Shown here in pieces: positions 47,419-62,649 of a stretch of 64,000 nt of DNA. This DNA is from Escherichia coli. Its GTDB lineage: Bacteria > Pseudomonadota > Gammaproteobacteria > Enterobacterales > Enterobacteriaceae. Made by a program: the position numbers and the translations under genes. How positions within the stretch are numbered: the first letter of the stretch is position 1; every line of letters starts with the position of its first letter. Location: NCBI RefSeq assembly GCF_003790525.1, contig NZ_CP033635.1; one strand, given 5' to 3'. The notes under the pieces were generated by a model. It was not told the origin of the DNA and did no database searches. It was given only the letters and a program-made list of their open reading frames with translations.

Positions 47419-48269
47419 GGTTTACGTTTTTCCAGCGTACGATGGCGTGACTGGACGTTTTTACCGCGCGAGCGGAAGTAGTCAGCCAGTTGCTCTGCAA
47501 TATACACCGAACGGTGCTTCCCGCCGGTACAACCAATGGCGACCGTCAGGTAGCTACGGTTGTTGGTTTCCAGCATAGGTAACCATAGCTCAAGATAGCT
47601 TCGCGTCTGGTAGATAAAATTGTGTACTTCTGTGTGGCGGTCGAGGAACGCGGCGACAGGCTTATCCAGACCTGTCATTGGACGCAGTTTCGGATCCCAG
47701 TGCGGGTTCGGCAAGAAGCGCACGTCAAAGACGTAATCTGCATCGATAGGGATACCGTGTTTGAAGCCGAAAGACTCAAAGACCATGGTCAGTTCGCGTT
47801 CACGTTTACCCAGCAGACGGGTACGCAGCATTTCAGCCAGCTCGTGAACGGACATTTCTGAGGTATCGACAATCAGATCCGCTCGCGAACGCAGAGGCTC
47901 CAGCAAATCGCTTTCTTTGTCGATAGCACTTTCCAGCGACAGGTTTTTGCTGGAAAGCGGATGCAGTCGGCGCGTGTCACTGTAACGACGAATTAAGGTA
48001 TTACGGTCGGCATCCAGGAACAGTAGTTGCGGTGAGAAAGCGTCAGGCAGGTTACTCATCGCCTGTTCGAATATTTCTGGTGACTCCGGCATATTACGAA
48101 CATCAATGCTGACGGCGGCAGAAATCTCGCGATCGGCCAGAGTTCGAGCCAGATCGGGTAACAACACTACGGGAAGGTTATCCACGCAGTAAAAACCCAT
48201 ATCTTCCAGCGCACGCAGGGCGACAGATTTACCTGAACCTGAACGTCCGCTGACGATCATCAGTACCAT
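47415..48269 (-). CDS. rapZ: RNase adaptor protein RapZ/YhbJ (284 aa)
   Basis: Walker A GRSGSGKS; recognised as RapZ. Confidence 0.95.
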
Positions 48270-48314
48270 GTACTGTTTCTCCTCACAACGTCTAAAAGAG
48301 ACATTACCGAATAA

Positions 48315-48806
48315 CTACGCTTCATCCGGAGTACCTTCGGTATCCGTAATGATTTGATACAGCTCTTCATCGCTCTGGGCTGCGCGTAAACGGCGGCAGA
48401 TGGTTTTGTCCGCCAGACGTTTCGCCACCAGTGACAGAGTATGCAGGTGCGTTTTAGTTTGGTCTGCCGGCACCAGCAGGGCAAAAAGTAAATCCACCGG
48501 TTGGTTGTCGATGGCATCGAAAGCTATAGGCGTTTCGAGCTGAACGAAAACGCCAACGGCGCGCAGAGTATCTTCTTCCAGTTTGCCATGCGGAATGGCA
48601 ATACCATTGCCGATACCGGTACTGCCCATTTTTTCCCGCGTCAGGATAGCTTCAAAAACCACCTGAGGCGGCAGGCTAAGTTGTTTCGCCGCCAGCTCGC
48701 TGATGATTTCCAGGGCGCGTTTTTTGCTCTGACAGTGGACGCGGCTTCGCGTACATTCCCTGTTAAGAACACTGCTAAGCTGTAGAGTTGTATCATTATT
48801 TGTCAT
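48315..48806 (-). CDS. ptsN: Nitrogen-PTS enzyme IIA PtsN (163 aa)
   Basis: Internal Met MTNNDTTLQLSSVL...; recognised as PtsN. Confidence 0.94.
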   Translation of the reverse strand: MTNNDTTLQLSSVLNRECTRSRVHCQSKKRALEIISELAAKQLSLPPQVVFEAILTREKMGSTGIGNGIAIPHGKLEEDTLRAVGVFVQLETPIAFDAIDNQPVDLLFALLVPADQTKTHLHTLSLVAKRLADKTICRRLRAAQSDEELYQIITDTEGTPDEA

Positions 48807-48923
48807 AATTTCACCTAAGAACCTGCCCACTCAAACAGTGGAACAGGCTCGGAGCATTAACCGTACAAATGGCCCGTTGTGCCGCACAACAGGCCGCCAT
48901 GCACATGCTAATTGCCCGGACAA

Positions 48924-49211
48924 TTAGTGTTGTTTCAGTTTATCTTTATGTTTGGTCAACTGGCGTGCCAGCTTATCAATTAAGCCATCAATGGCAGCGT
49001 ACATGTCCTGACCTTCCGCGCTGGCATGAATTTCACCACCGTTTACATGCAGTGTTGCATCTGAGGTGTGGGTGACTTTCTCCACTTTCAGAACAACATA
49101 GACCTGGTTGATTCGGTCAAAATATTGCTCAAGTTTGGCAAATTTGGCTGTAACAAATTCGCGCAGTGCCTCGGTGATCTCGACGTTATTTCCGGTAATG
49201 TTGAGCTGCAT
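48924..49211 (-). CDS. hpf: Ribosome hibernation promoting factor Hpf (95 aa)
   Basis: Internal Met MQLNITGNNVEITEAL...; recognised as Hpf. Confidence 0.94.
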   Translation of the reverse strand: MQLNITGNNVEITEALREFVTAKFAKLEQYFDRINQVYVVLKVEKVTHTSDATLHVNGGEIHASAEGQDMYAAIDGLIDKLARQLTKHKDKLKQH

Positions 49212-49233
49212 AGTGTCTTCCTTATCGGTTGGG

Positions 49234-50667
49234 TCAAACGAGCTGTTTACGCTGGTTTGACGGCGGAATGGATAAAGACTCTCGGTACTTCGCAACAGTG
49301 CGGCGTGCCACCATGATACCTTGTTCCGACAGCAAAGAGGTTAACTTGCTGTCGCTCAACGGTTTCGCTGGGTTTTCCGCCGCGATTAATTTCTTCACCA
49401 GCGCACGAATCGCCGTGGAGGAAGCTTCGCCGCCGCCCTCGGTATTGACGTGACTGGAAAAGAAATACTTCAGTTCAAAAATGCCTCGTGGACTATGCAG
49501 GTATTTTTGCGTGGTCACGCGAGATATCGTCGATTCATGCATTTCGACAGCCTGGGCGATATCGGCCAGTACCATCGGTTTCATATATTCTTCACCTTGC
49601 TCAAAGAAGGCCTGCTGCTGTTCAACGATACAGCGACTCACGCGCAGTAGCGTATCGTTACGGCTTTCCAGACTCTTGATCAACCATTTGGCATCCTGCA
49701 GATTGCTGCGGATAAACTGGCTGTCACCATCGTTGCGCGCGTTATTGCACATCGAGGCGTAGTGCTGGTTGATTTGCAGACGCGGAATGCTGTCACTGTT
49801 GAGTTCTACCGTCCAGTGACCGTTATGCTTACGCACCAGCACATCTGGAATGACATACTCAGGTTCGCCAGTCTGGATCGACTGCCCGGGGCGCGGATCG
49901 AGCGACTGGATCAGATTGACGGCTTCTTTCAGCACATCTTCTTTCAGACGCGTGACGCGCATTAAAGTGCGGAAGTCGTGATTGGCTAACAGATCGAGAT
50001 GATCGCTAATAATCAGTCTGGCCTCTTCCAGCCACGGCGTGGTTTTATCGAATTGGGAGAGTTGGATCAGCAGACAGTCACGCAGATCTTTTGCCGCCAC
50101 ACCGACTGGATCAAACCGTTGGATCCGCTTAAGGACGGCTTCAACTTCGTCGATGTCAATCTCTTCATCGCCCATACTTTCGAGAATATCTTCCAGCGGG
50201 ACAGTCAGATAACCGGTGTCATCAACGGCATCGACGATAGAGGTAGCAATAGCGCGGTCAGTGTCGGAAAACGGTGTCAGCTCGACCTGCCACATCAGGT
50301 AATCCTGCAAGGTCTGCGTCGTTTCGCCCTGATAGACCGGCAGCTCGTCGTCAATGTAGTCACCGCTGGTGCCGGATGGTGTACCAGCGGTGTAAATGGT
50401 GTCCCAACTGGCATCGAGCGGCAGCTCTTCCGGCATCTCTTTTTGTTCGAGCGCGTCGGCGGTGTCCAGCGTTTCACTGTCTTGCGTTTCGCGGGTGTCG
50501 ATTTCTTCATGAGTGTCGATTTGCTCAAGCAGCGGATTACTCTCCAGCGCCTGCTGTAGCTCCTGCTGAAGTTCCAGCGTCGACAACTGCAACAGACGAA
50601 TTGCCTGTTGGAGCTGTGGCGTCATCGCCAGTTGTTGGCTAAGCCTGAGTTGCAAACCTTGCTTCAT
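49234..50667 (-). CDS. rpoN: RNA polymerase sigma-54 factor RpoN (477 aa)
   Basis: Full ORF; RpoN box [10 protein letters not shown] near the C-terminus. Confidence 0.97.
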   Translation of the reverse strand: MKQGLQLRLSQQLAMTPQLQQAIRLLQLSTLELQQELQQALESNPLLEQIDTHEEIDTRETQDSETLDTADALEQKEMPEELPLDASWDTIYTAGTPSGTSGDYIDDELPVYQGETTQTLQDYLMWQVELTPFSDTDRAIATSIVDAVDDTGYLTVPLEDILESMGDEEIDIDEVEAVLKRIQRFDPVGVAAKDLRDCLLIQLSQFDKTTPWLEEARLIISDHLDLLANHDFRTLMRVTRLKEDVLKEAVNLIQSLDPRPGQSIQTGEPEYVIPDVLVRKHNGHWTVELNSDSIPRLQINQHYASMCNNARNDGDSQFIRSNLQDAKWLIKSLESRNDTLLRVSRCIVEQQQAFFEQGEEYMKPMVLADIAQAVEMHESTISRVTTQKYLHSPRGIFELKYFFSSHVNTEGGGEASSTAIRALVKKLIAAENPAKPLSDSKLTSLLSEQGIMVARRTVAKYRESLSIPPSNQRKQLV

Positions 50668-50714
50668 GTTCAGAATCGTACTCTCCTGCTAAAACGTCGC
50701 AAACTTCTACCCTA

Positions 50715-51440
50715 TCAGAGTCTGAAGTCTTCCCCAAGGTATACACGCTTAACGTGTTCGTCTTGTAAGATTTCTGTAGGCGTGCCGTGGGCGATCAAAT
50801 GCCCCTGACTGACGATATAAGCGCGTTCACAAACCGCCAGTGTTTCACGCACGTTGTGGTCAGTGATCAGTACGCCCAGGCCGCTGTCGCGCAGGTGTTC
50901 AATGATGCGTTTAATGTCGATAACCGAGATCGGGTCAACCCCGGCAAACGGTTCGTCGAGCAGAATAAATTTCGGATTCGCAGCCAGTGCGCGGGCAATT
51001 TCTACACGGCGACGTTCACCCCCGGAGAGTGACTGCCCCATGCTGTCACGCAGGTGCTCAATGTGAAACTCTTCCATCAGCTCGTTCGCGCGGTCTTCAC
51101 GTTGTTCAGCAGACAAGTCGTCACGAATTTGCAGTACCGCCATCAGGTTATCGTAAACGCTGAGGCGACGGAAAATGGAGGCTTCCTGTGGCAGATAGCC
51201 GATACCGCGGCGCGCGCGTGCATGCAGAGGCAGCAGACTGATATCGTCATCATCAATAATGATGTTGCCCGCATCGCGCGGCACAATGCCTACAACCATG
51301 TAGAAAGTGGTGGTCTTACCGGCACCGTTTGGCCCCAGCAGACCGACAATTTCCCCGGAGTTGACGGTCAGGCTGACGTCTTCTACCACGCGACGGCCTT
51401 TATAGGCTTTTGCAAGGTTCTTTGCAGTTAATGTTGCCAT
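50715..51440 (-). CDS. lptB: LPS export ABC transporter ATPase LptB (241 aa)
   Basis: Walker [13 protein letters not shown] signature LSGGERRR. Confidence 0.97.
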
Positions 51441-51446
51441 AACGAA

Positions 51447-52004
51447 TTAATTACCCTTCTTCTGTGCCGGGGTCTGGCCTTTGTTGTTTTTGTCCTGCAG
51501 CTGCGACGGCACCAGAACGGTGGTTACGCGCTTACCTTTGTCGCTGAAAGCCTGCATTTTCTGCTCTTTCACCAGGTAAGTGATCTTATCGCCCTTAATG
51601 TTGCTATCGACCTGCTGCAGATAAGCATTACCCGTCAGAACGACAAAATCTTTTGCCAGTTCGTAGTGCATCTGGGAAGCGTGACCTTCAACGGGTTTAC
51701 CATTGTCCTGCATCTGGTAGAACGTTGCCGGTTTACCGTAGCCGTCAATCACTTCTTTACCTTGTTCGCCGCCCGGACGGGTAACGACCACTTTGTCGGC
51801 ATTAATTTTGATGGTGCCCTGGGTGACGATGACATTACCGGTAAAGGTAACCACGTTGCCTTGCATATCAAGAGATTGCTGGTCCGATTCAATGTGGATC
51901 GGCTGATCAGTGTCTCCGGTTACAGCAAATGCCGGAATGCTGGCGGCCAGAAGTGAGCTGGCAAGCACAAGATTAAGGCTGAGTTTGTTTGTTTTGAATT
52001 TCAT
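51447..52004 (-). CDS. lptA: LPS transport periplasmic protein LptA (185 aa)
   Basis: Internal Met MKFKTNKLSLNLVLASSLLAASIPAFA (signal peptide); overlaps the lptC 3' end. Confidence 0.94.
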   Translation of the reverse strand: MKFKTNKLSLNLVLASSLLAASIPAFAVTGDTDQPIHIESDQQSLDMQGNVVTFTGNVIVTQGTIKINADKVVVTRPGGEQGKEVIDGYGKPATFYQMQDNGKPVEGHASQMHYELAKDFVVLTGNAYLQQVDSNIKGDKITYLVKEQKMQAFSDKGKRVTTVLVPSQLQDKNNKGQTPAQKKGN

Positions 52005-52548
52005 AGGATGTTCTAACCTTTTCAATCAGCTCGGCGTTCTTGCTGCGTAAGTTGCCGCGCATTTTCAGACCGCTGGAGTTAAATGTTGTTCCGTATAACG
52101 TGACGAGGTCTTCAGAGGTAACATCCTGCGTCACCAGATTGATCTGCGCGTTATCCGTCGTGATTCTGCGAAGTTGAGAGTCCGGCACAAGTGCGTTGAC
52201 TTCAACGTGTCCATATAAATAGAGCATCCGGTCATTGGTCAGCTTGGCTTTATCTGCTTTTACTGACCATGTCGGGATTTTATCCTTATCAAACGTGGTA
52301 AGTACCGGCTGCGTAAACCACGAAACGGCCTGATCGGAATAATATTCAACATGTTGAGCAATCAATCGATAGCTTAGTGCCCCTTCTGGGTTATAGACGA
52401 GCGTGTCCGTATGCTCGCTTTTATAGGTGGGATCATTGTTGTTGACGACCACCTGGGCGGTATCGTCTTTTTCGGCCATATTAATGCCGATCATCACCAG
52501 AACCGCCAGTGATAGCACAATGATAACCCAACGTCTGGCTTTACTCAT
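51973..52548 (-). CDS. lptC: LPS export protein LptC (191 aa)
   Basis: Full ORF with N-terminal TM anchor; recognised as LptC. Confidence 0.94.
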   Translation of the reverse strand: MSKARRWVIIVLSLAVLVMIGINMAEKDDTAQVVVNNNDPTYKSEHTDTLVYNPEGALSYRLIAQHVEYYSDQAVSWFTQPVLTTFDKDKIPTWSVKADKAKLTNDRMLYLYGHVEVNALVPDSQLRRITTDNAQINLVTQDVTSEDLVTLYGTTFNSSGLKMRGNLRSKNAELIEKVRTSYEIQNKQTQP

Positions 52549-53111
52549 ATCGATTGCCCTTTGGCTTCATCCAGTTTGCCCTGCGCCAGGAGTAATAAGT
52601 CGCAAACTTCTCGCACTGCGCCACGACCGCCAGCAATGCGCGTCACGTAATCGGCGCGCGGGATCAACAGTGGATGCGCATCGGCCACGGCGACGCTTAA
52701 CCCCACTTTTTCCATTACCGGCCAGTCGATGAGATCATCGCCGACATAAGCCACATTTTCCGGGGCAATCGCCAGTTTTTCCAGCAGATCGCTAAAGGCG
52801 ATCAGTTTGTTTGACTGCCCCTGATACAAGTGAGTGATCCCCAATGTGGCACAACGATCTTCTACCAGTTTAGCCTTTCGCCCGGTAATGATAGCGACTT
52901 CAATATCAGAGGTGAGCGCACAACGAATGCCATAACCGTCACGAACATTGAACGCTTTCAGCTCTTCGCCATTATTGCCCATATAAATCAGGCCATCTGA
53001 CAGTACGCCATCGACATCGAGGATCAGCAGACGAATATTCTCTGCTTTTGCCATAACGTCGGCGCTGACAGGGCCGTAACAGGTCGCAAGCGACGCACCT
53101 GCTTTGCTCAT
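52545..53111 (-). CDS. kdsC: KDO-8-phosphate phosphatase KdsC (188 aa)
   Basis: HAD motif LLILDVDGVL; recognised as KdsC. Confidence 0.95.
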   Translation of the reverse strand: MSKAGASLATCYGPVSADVMAKAENIRLLILDVDGVLSDGLIYMGNNGEELKAFNVRDGYGIRCALTSDIEVAIITGRKAKLVEDRCATLGITHLYQGQSNKLIAFSDLLEKLAIAPENVAYVGDDLIDWPVMEKVGLSVAVADAHPLLIPRADYVTRIAGGRGAVREVCDLLLLAQGKLDEAKGQSI

Positions 53112-53131
53112 TGTTGTTTATCCTTGAATCT

Positions 53132-54118
53132 TTACACTACGCCTGCACGCAGTAAATCATGCATATGTAACACACCGAGTAAATGGTCGCCATCGGCAAC
53201 CATCACGGAGGTGATATGGCGGGACTGCATTAAGTTCAGTGCCTCAACGGCCAGAATGCCAGGGCGCACACGTATTCCCCCCGGCGTCATCACATCGGCA
53301 ATACTTAACTGACGAACATCCACGCCCATATCGAAGACACGGCGTAAATCACCGTCGGTAAAGATGCCTTCAATCATCATATTGTCATCGCAAATGACAG
53401 TCATACCAAGATTTTTGCGGGTAACTTCCAGCAACGCGTCACGCAGACTGGCCGTTTTCTTAACATGCGGGATCTCATCGCCCGTATGCATAATATCGTT
53501 TACGCGCAGCAGAAGTTTACGACCCAGTGCGCCGCCTGGGTGTGAGAGCGCAAAATCTTCAGCAGTAAAGCCGCGTGCTTTTAACAGCGCGACAGCGAGG
53601 GCATCGCCCATAACCAGCGTGGCGGTGGTGCTGCTGGTCGGTGCCAGCCCTAACGGACAGGCTTCTTTCGCTACTTTAACACACAGATGCACATCTGCGG
53701 CGCGCGCCATGCTGCTCTCCGGGCGACCGGTGATGCAGATTAACGGTACGTGAAGACGCTTAAGCACTGGAATTAAGGCCGTGATTTCGCTGGATTCACC
53801 TGAGTTAGAGATAGCAATCACCACATCCTGTGGGGTGACCATGCCTAAATCACCATGCGCGGCTTCACCAGGATGGACGAAAAATGAAGGTGTACCGGTG
53901 CTGGCAAACGTTGCCGCCATTTTGCGCCCGATGTGCCCCGATTTCCCCATCCCCATGACGACAACTTTCCCTTTACACCAGAACATCTTTTCACAGGCAA
54001 GCGTGAAATTCTGATTGATGTATTGATCAAGCTCCGCCAGGCATTCACGTTCAATCGCCAGGACTTCTTTACCTGCTTGCTGAAAGTCAAAACCCGGTTG
54101 TAACTCTACGTGCGACAT
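53132..54118 (-). CDS. kdsD: D-arabinose 5-phosphate isomerase KdsD (328 aa)
   Basis: Internal Met MSHVELQPGFDF...; SIS plus CBS domains; recognised as KdsD. Confidence 0.94.
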   Translation of the reverse strand: MSHVELQPGFDFQQAGKEVLAIERECLAELDQYINQNFTLACEKMFWCKGKVVVMGMGKSGHIGRKMAATFASTGTPSFFVHPGEAAHGDLGMVTPQDVVIAISNSGESSEITALIPVLKRLHVPLICITGRPESSMARAADVHLCVKVAKEACPLGLAPTSSTTATLVMGDALAVALLKARGFTAEDFALSHPGGALGRKLLLRVNDIMHTGDEIPHVKKTASLRDALLEVTRKNLGMTVICDDNMMIEGIFTDGDLRRVFDMGVDVRQLSIADVMTPGGIRVRPGILAVEALNLMQSRHITSVMVADGDHLLGVLHMHDLLRAGVV

Positions 54119-54131
54119 AATGCGTTTCCAG

Positions 54132-55109
54132 TTATTCAACGAGTATTGGCGATAACCAGTACAACATCGCCAGCCATACGATAAATCCGCCAGTTAATAA
54201 TACCCCTACACCACGGCCCGATTGCGGGGAGCGCCGCCAGCACAGCAACGCAAAAATAATGCTCACCAGCAACATCACGCTGTAGTCACGACTGTACGCC
54301 AGTGGATCAATCTCTCCTGGCGTTATCAGCGCGGGTAAACCCAACACGATGACAATATTAAAGATGTTTGCGCCAATAATATTTCCGACCGCAATGTCGT
54401 TTTCACCTTTGCGAACCCCCGCTATTGCGGTTGCCAGTTCCGGCAGGCTGGTTCCGATAGCAATTGCCGTCAGACCCATCGTCAACTCGCTGATGGCAAA
54501 GTAATTCGCCAGCACCGTGGCGTTATCAACCACCATCCGCGTGGCCACTGGCATGATGATAAGCGCAATGCCGAGCCATAAAAACGCGACGGGCAATCCG
54601 CCGTCACGCGGCAGCTCTGCAAGCTGCTCTCTGGTCAGGCTGTCAGTCCCCTGACGTTCAGCCTGACGTGCAAGTTTAACAATGAACAGCAGCCATAGCA
54701 CAGCCAGAAAGAGGAGAAAGATACCATCGCTGCGACTAAGTTGTCCGTCATAGAGTACGGAACCGGCCACCACGCTGACCAACAACATTAAGGGTAATTC
54801 ACGGCGTAGAACATCGGAATGGACGGTAAAAGGACGAACCAGCGCAGCCAGACCGAGGATCAGCAATATATTGATAATGTTTGAGCCGAGGGCTGTACCA
54901 ACGGCTAAATCGCGTTGTTCGTGCAGAGACGCGGCAAGCGAGACGATGATTTCTGGTAACGATGTACCAATACTGACCACCGTCATGCCGATGATTAGCG
55001 GCGGGATGCCAAAGGTTCGGCAAAGAATAGACGCGGCAAAAACCAGGCGGTCGGCACTGTAAACGACCAAAAGTAAACCAACAATTAACAGTGCCGTAGC
55101 TAAAAGCAT
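54132..55109 (-). CDS. yrbG: Ca2+/Na+ antiporter-family membrane protein YrbG (325 aa)
   Basis: Polytopic membrane ORF; recognised as YrbG. Confidence 0.93.
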   Translation of the reverse strand: MLLATALLIVGLLLVVYSADRLVFAASILCRTFGIPPLIIGMTVVSIGTSLPEIIVSLAASLHEQRDLAVGTALGSNIINILLILGLAALVRPFTVHSDVLRRELPLMLLVSVVAGSVLYDGQLSRSDGIFLLFLAVLWLLFIVKLARQAERQGTDSLTREQLAELPRDGGLPVAFLWLGIALIIMPVATRMVVDNATVLANYFAISELTMGLTAIAIGTSLPELATAIAGVRKGENDIAVGNIIGANIFNIVIVLGLPALITPGEIDPLAYSRDYSVMLLVSIIFALLCWRRSPQSGRGVGVLLTGGFIVWLAMLYWLSPILVE

Positions 55110-55318
55110 CTAACGTCCTTTCTTCAGGTATACTCGCCGGTCCGCTGAAGATTTTCAGAAAGCCGTAACGGATTCTTAATTTTGACTTTATGCGGCTAAA
55201 AAGTAAAACAAATGCCAGCTTTCGCTAACCACGGCGGGTAATATTCTGTAAATATGTTGGGTTCAAGGTTAAATTGAGCGCCATGCTTAGAAAATCAACG
55301 CAAGACGAAGGGTGAATT

Positions 55319-56918
<1,600 letters not shown>

Positions 56919-56922
56919 GTTC

Positions 56923-57474
56923 ATGCAAACGAAAAAAAATGAAATTTGGGTGGGTATCTTTTTATTAGCAGCACTGCTTGCGGCGCTTTTTGTTTGCCTG
57001 AAGGCAGCGAACGTGACGTCTATACGTACTGAACCGACCTATACGCTTTATGCGACGTTCGATAACATTGGCGGCCTGAAAGCGCGCTCTCCGGTCAGCA
57101 TTGGTGGCGTTGTTGTGGGCCGGGTGGCGGATATTACGCTGGACCCGAAAACCTATCTGCCACGCGTAACGCTGGAAATTGAACAACGTTATAACCACAT
57201 TCCTGATACCAGTTCGCTGAGCATTCGTACTTCCGGCCTGCTGGGGGAACAATATCTGGCATTAAACGTCGGTTTTGAAGACCCGGAACTGGGGACTGCT
57301 ATCCTGAAGGATGGCGATACAATTCAGGACACCAAGTCTGCGATGGTGCTGGAAGATCTCATTGGTCAGTTCCTTTACGGTAGTAAAGGCGATGACAATA
57401 AGAATAGTGGCGATGCGCCTGCTGCTGCGCCAGGTAATAATGAAACCACTGAACCTGTGGGTACAACGAAATAA
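56923..57474 (+). CDS. mlaD: MCE-domain phospholipid transport protein MlaD (183 aa)
   Basis: Internal Met MQTKKNEIWVGIFLLAALLAALF...; recognised as MlaD. Confidence 0.94.
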   Translation: MQTKKNEIWVGIFLLAALLAALFVCLKAANVTSIRTEPTYTLYATFDNIGGLKARSPVSIGGVVVGRVADITLDPKTYLPRVTLEIEQRYNHIPDTSSLSIRTSGLLGEQYLALNVGFEDPELGTAILKDGDTIQDTKSAMVLEDLIGQFLYGSKGDDNKNSGDAPAAAPGNNETTEPVGTTK

Positions 57475-58127
<653 letters not shown>

Positions 58128-58128
<1 letters not shown>

Positions 58129-58421
58129 TGAGCGAGTCACTGAGCTGGATGCAGACGGGTGACACGCTGGCGCTATCCGGAGAGCTGGATCAGGACGTTC
58201 TGCTACCGCTTTGGGAAATGCGTGAGGAAGCGGTGAAGGGGATTACCTGCATCGATCTTAGCCGTGTGTCCCGCGTGGATACGGGTGGACTGGCACTGCT
58301 GCTCCATCTTATCGATCTGGCGAAAAAGCAGGGCAACAATGTGACGCTTCAGGGGGTAAACGACAAAGTGTATACCCTCGCGAAATTGTATAATTTGCCT
58401 GCTGATGTTCTGCCTCGTTAA
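58128..58421 (+). CDS. mlaB: STAS-domain protein MlaB (97 aa)
   Basis: MSESLSWMQTGDTLALSGELD...; ATG overlaps the mlaC stop (TAATG). Confidence 0.92.
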
Positions 58422-58580
58422 ATTTTTTCAGGCCGGATATGGCGTTAACCGCCTGTCCGGCAAACCTGCCTGCAAGTCGAGCCTTGTCTGATTTATCAGC
58501 GAGGCTTTTTGCTTATTTATGCCAGCGCAACTTTGCTCTAAGATGTTTCGCTGATTTATTAACTGATGATTGAAGATCCC

Positions 58581-58835
58581 ATGGAAAATAATGAAATTCA
58601 GAGCGTGTTGATGAACGCTCTCTCCCTCCAGGAAGTCCACGTTTCCGGCGATGGCAGCCACTTTCAGGTTATTGCCGTGGGTGAGTTGTTTGACGGCATG
58701 AGTCGGGTTAAAAAACAGCAGACGGTCTATGGCCCGCTGATGGAATATATTGCGGATAACCGCATTCATGCTGTGTCGATCAAAGCGTATACCCCTGCGG
58801 AGTGGGCGCGCGATCGCAAACTGAACGGCTTTTGA
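58581..58835 (+). CDS. ibaG: BolA-family acid stress protein IbaG/YrbA (84 aa)
   Basis: [33 protein letters not shown]...; recognised as IbaG. Confidence 0.92.
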
Positions 58836-58889
58836 GCTATGGGCGATTCGCCGGTAGCGGATATGAATTGTTAACTGAGAACAAACTAA

Positions 58890-60149
<1,260 letters not shown>

Positions 60150-60196
60150 TTGTCTGAGAGCTGGCAGCCCCGTTCGCGGGGCTACCGCCAGACCAC

Positions 60197-60475
60197 TCAT
60201 TTTTTCGGTTTAGTGTAGCTACGCATCAACTGCGTTCTGTCGATAAACTCATGGGTCTGCGGATCATGGTAGCGAGATGGCCAGATAATCCAGGGGTCAG
60301 TTCCCAGGGCTTTCGCAATAATCATCTCTCCTTTCGGCCAGGGGCGCGATAATGCGTTCGCCAGCGTTGAGGAACTCAAACCATTTCTGCGAGATTCCGC
60401 CGCCATTGACGTTCCCTTCTTGCGCAAACCCGCAATGATGTCAGCGGGATGCCAGTCAATGAAATTACTTTCCAT
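60197..60475 (-). CDS. sfsB: Ner-like DNA-binding regulator SfsB/Nlp (92 aa)
   Basis: Full ORF; recognised as Nlp/SfsB. Confidence 0.92.
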   Translation of the reverse strand: MESNFIDWHPADIIAGLRKKGTSMAAESRRNGLSSSTLANALSRPWPKGEMIIAKALGTDPWIIWPSRYHDPQTHEFIDRTQLMRSYTKPKK

Positions 60476-60703
60476 CTTTCCTCACTCCTTAAGTTAGTCG
60501 CTTTCATTCAGAACACTTCTTCTGTCGAGCATCACTATACTCCTGATGGCCTATTGCTCTAAAAAGTTCCTGTAAAGAGTGTGAATATTCAGAATATATA
60601 AAGATACATACACTGGTTTTTCAGGCGTTATTGCGCTGAATAAGTGTTTTTATGGAACTTATTGGAATCATCCCGCGCACTGCGCGGGATGAGGGGGAGG
60701 GGA

Positions 60704-61675
60704 TTAACGATCGCGTTGAACAGCGATGTGCGCGAGGCCGATGAGTGCTTCTCGCCACGGGGTGTCCGGGAGCACCTGTAACGCTGCGATGGCTTTGTCT
60801 GCTTCTTCCTCGGCACGCTGACGCGTCCATTCAAGAGATCCACAAGCGTTCATTGCTTCCAGAACCGGTTCCAGAAGATGGCGACCGTTACCCTGTTCGA
60901 TGGCGGTACGAATCATCTGTGCCTGTTCTGGTGTGCCATGATGCATTGCATGCAGCAGCGGCAGCGTCGGTTTACCTTCGTTCAGATCGTCGCCGATGTT
61001 TTTACCTAACTGTTCGCCATCGGCATTGTAATCGAGTAAATCGTCGATCAACTGGAAAGCAGTGCCGAGATAGCGCCCATAATCCTGCAGGCCTTTCTCC
61101 TCCTCCGGCGTACAGCCAGCCAGAATCCCGGAACACTGCGCGGCAGCCTCAAACAGACGCGCGGTTTTGCTATAGATAACGCGCATGTAGTTTTCTTCAG
61201 TGATGTCCGGATCGTTAACGTTCATCAGTTGCAGAACTTCACCTTCTGCGATGACGTTTACGGCTTCTGACATGACTTCCAGCACTTTGAGCGAGCCGAG
61301 GCTGGTCATCATCTGGAACGCGCGGGTATAAATAAAATCGCCTACCAGCACGCTGGCGGCATTGCCAAATGCGGCGTTGGCGGTAGCTTTACCCCTGCGC
61401 ATATCTGATTCATCCACAACGTCGTCGTGCAGCAGAGTCGCCGTGTGGATAAACTCGATCAGGGCAGCAATGGTGACATGCGCATTTCCCTCATAGCCAA
61501 CAGCTCGTGCAGCCAGTACAGCAATCATCGGACGAATACGTTTACCGCCGCCGCTGACGATGTAATAGCCTAACTGATTGATCAGTTGGACGTCGGAATT
61601 AAGCTGCTCAAGGATTGCCGCATTAACACCCGCCATATCTTGCGCGGTTAACTCATTGATTTTTTCTAAATTCAT
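60704..61675 (-). CDS. ispB: Octaprenyl diphosphate synthase IspB (323 aa)
   Basis: DDxxD motifs (LHDDVVDESD, DDLLD); recognised as IspB. Confidence 0.96.
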   Translation of the reverse strand: MNLEKINELTAQDMAGVNAAILEQLNSDVQLINQLGYYIVSGGGKRIRPMIAVLAARAVGYEGNAHVTIAALIEFIHTATLLHDDVVDESDMRRGKATANAAFGNAASVLVGDFIYTRAFQMMTSLGSLKVLEVMSEAVNVIAEGEVLQLMNVNDPDITEENYMRVIYSKTARLFEAAAQCSGILAGCTPEEEKGLQDYGRYLGTAFQLIDDLLDYNADGEQLGKNIGDDLNEGKPTLPLLHAMHHGTPEQAQMIRTAIEQGNGRHLLEPVLEAMNACGSLEWTRQRAEEEADKAIAALQVLPDTPWREALIGLAHIAVQRDR

Positions 61676-61897
61676 CGCAAAAGCCGGGCTTTTCGCCCCG
61701 ATTACCTTACTGTGAACAAAGGCAACTTAGGGTTTATGGTTAGGAATATAGGGTGATTGTACTGAAAAAATGGCACAGATAAACGTTACCGTACAAGTTG
61801 TGTTTTTTTTCTTCGTGTATTGACTGTAGCACTTGTCAAAGGCGTGCGTTTTGCGTAATATTCGCGCCCTATTGTGAATATTTATAGCGCACTCTGA

Positions 61898-62523
<626 letters not shown>

Positions 62524-62549
62524 GTTTTTCGCGTCCCGGTAACGGATGA

Positions 62550-62580
62550 AAGCCCCGCAACACGTTGCGGGGCTTTTTAC
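62550..62580 (+). terminator. Rho-independent terminator after rpmA
   Basis: aaagccccgcaacacgttgcggggcttttt hairpin plus T-run. Confidence 0.85.
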
Positions 62581-62649
62581 ATTCGATAACCGGTAAAAAT
62601 GCGCATGGTGCGACGTTAATCCGCAAATGCGCTTTGCAGGGAATACGGT

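Noticed and set aside
49999-50559. 186-aa plus-strand ORF inside rpoN
   Set aside because: Antisense to the recognised sigma-54 gene.
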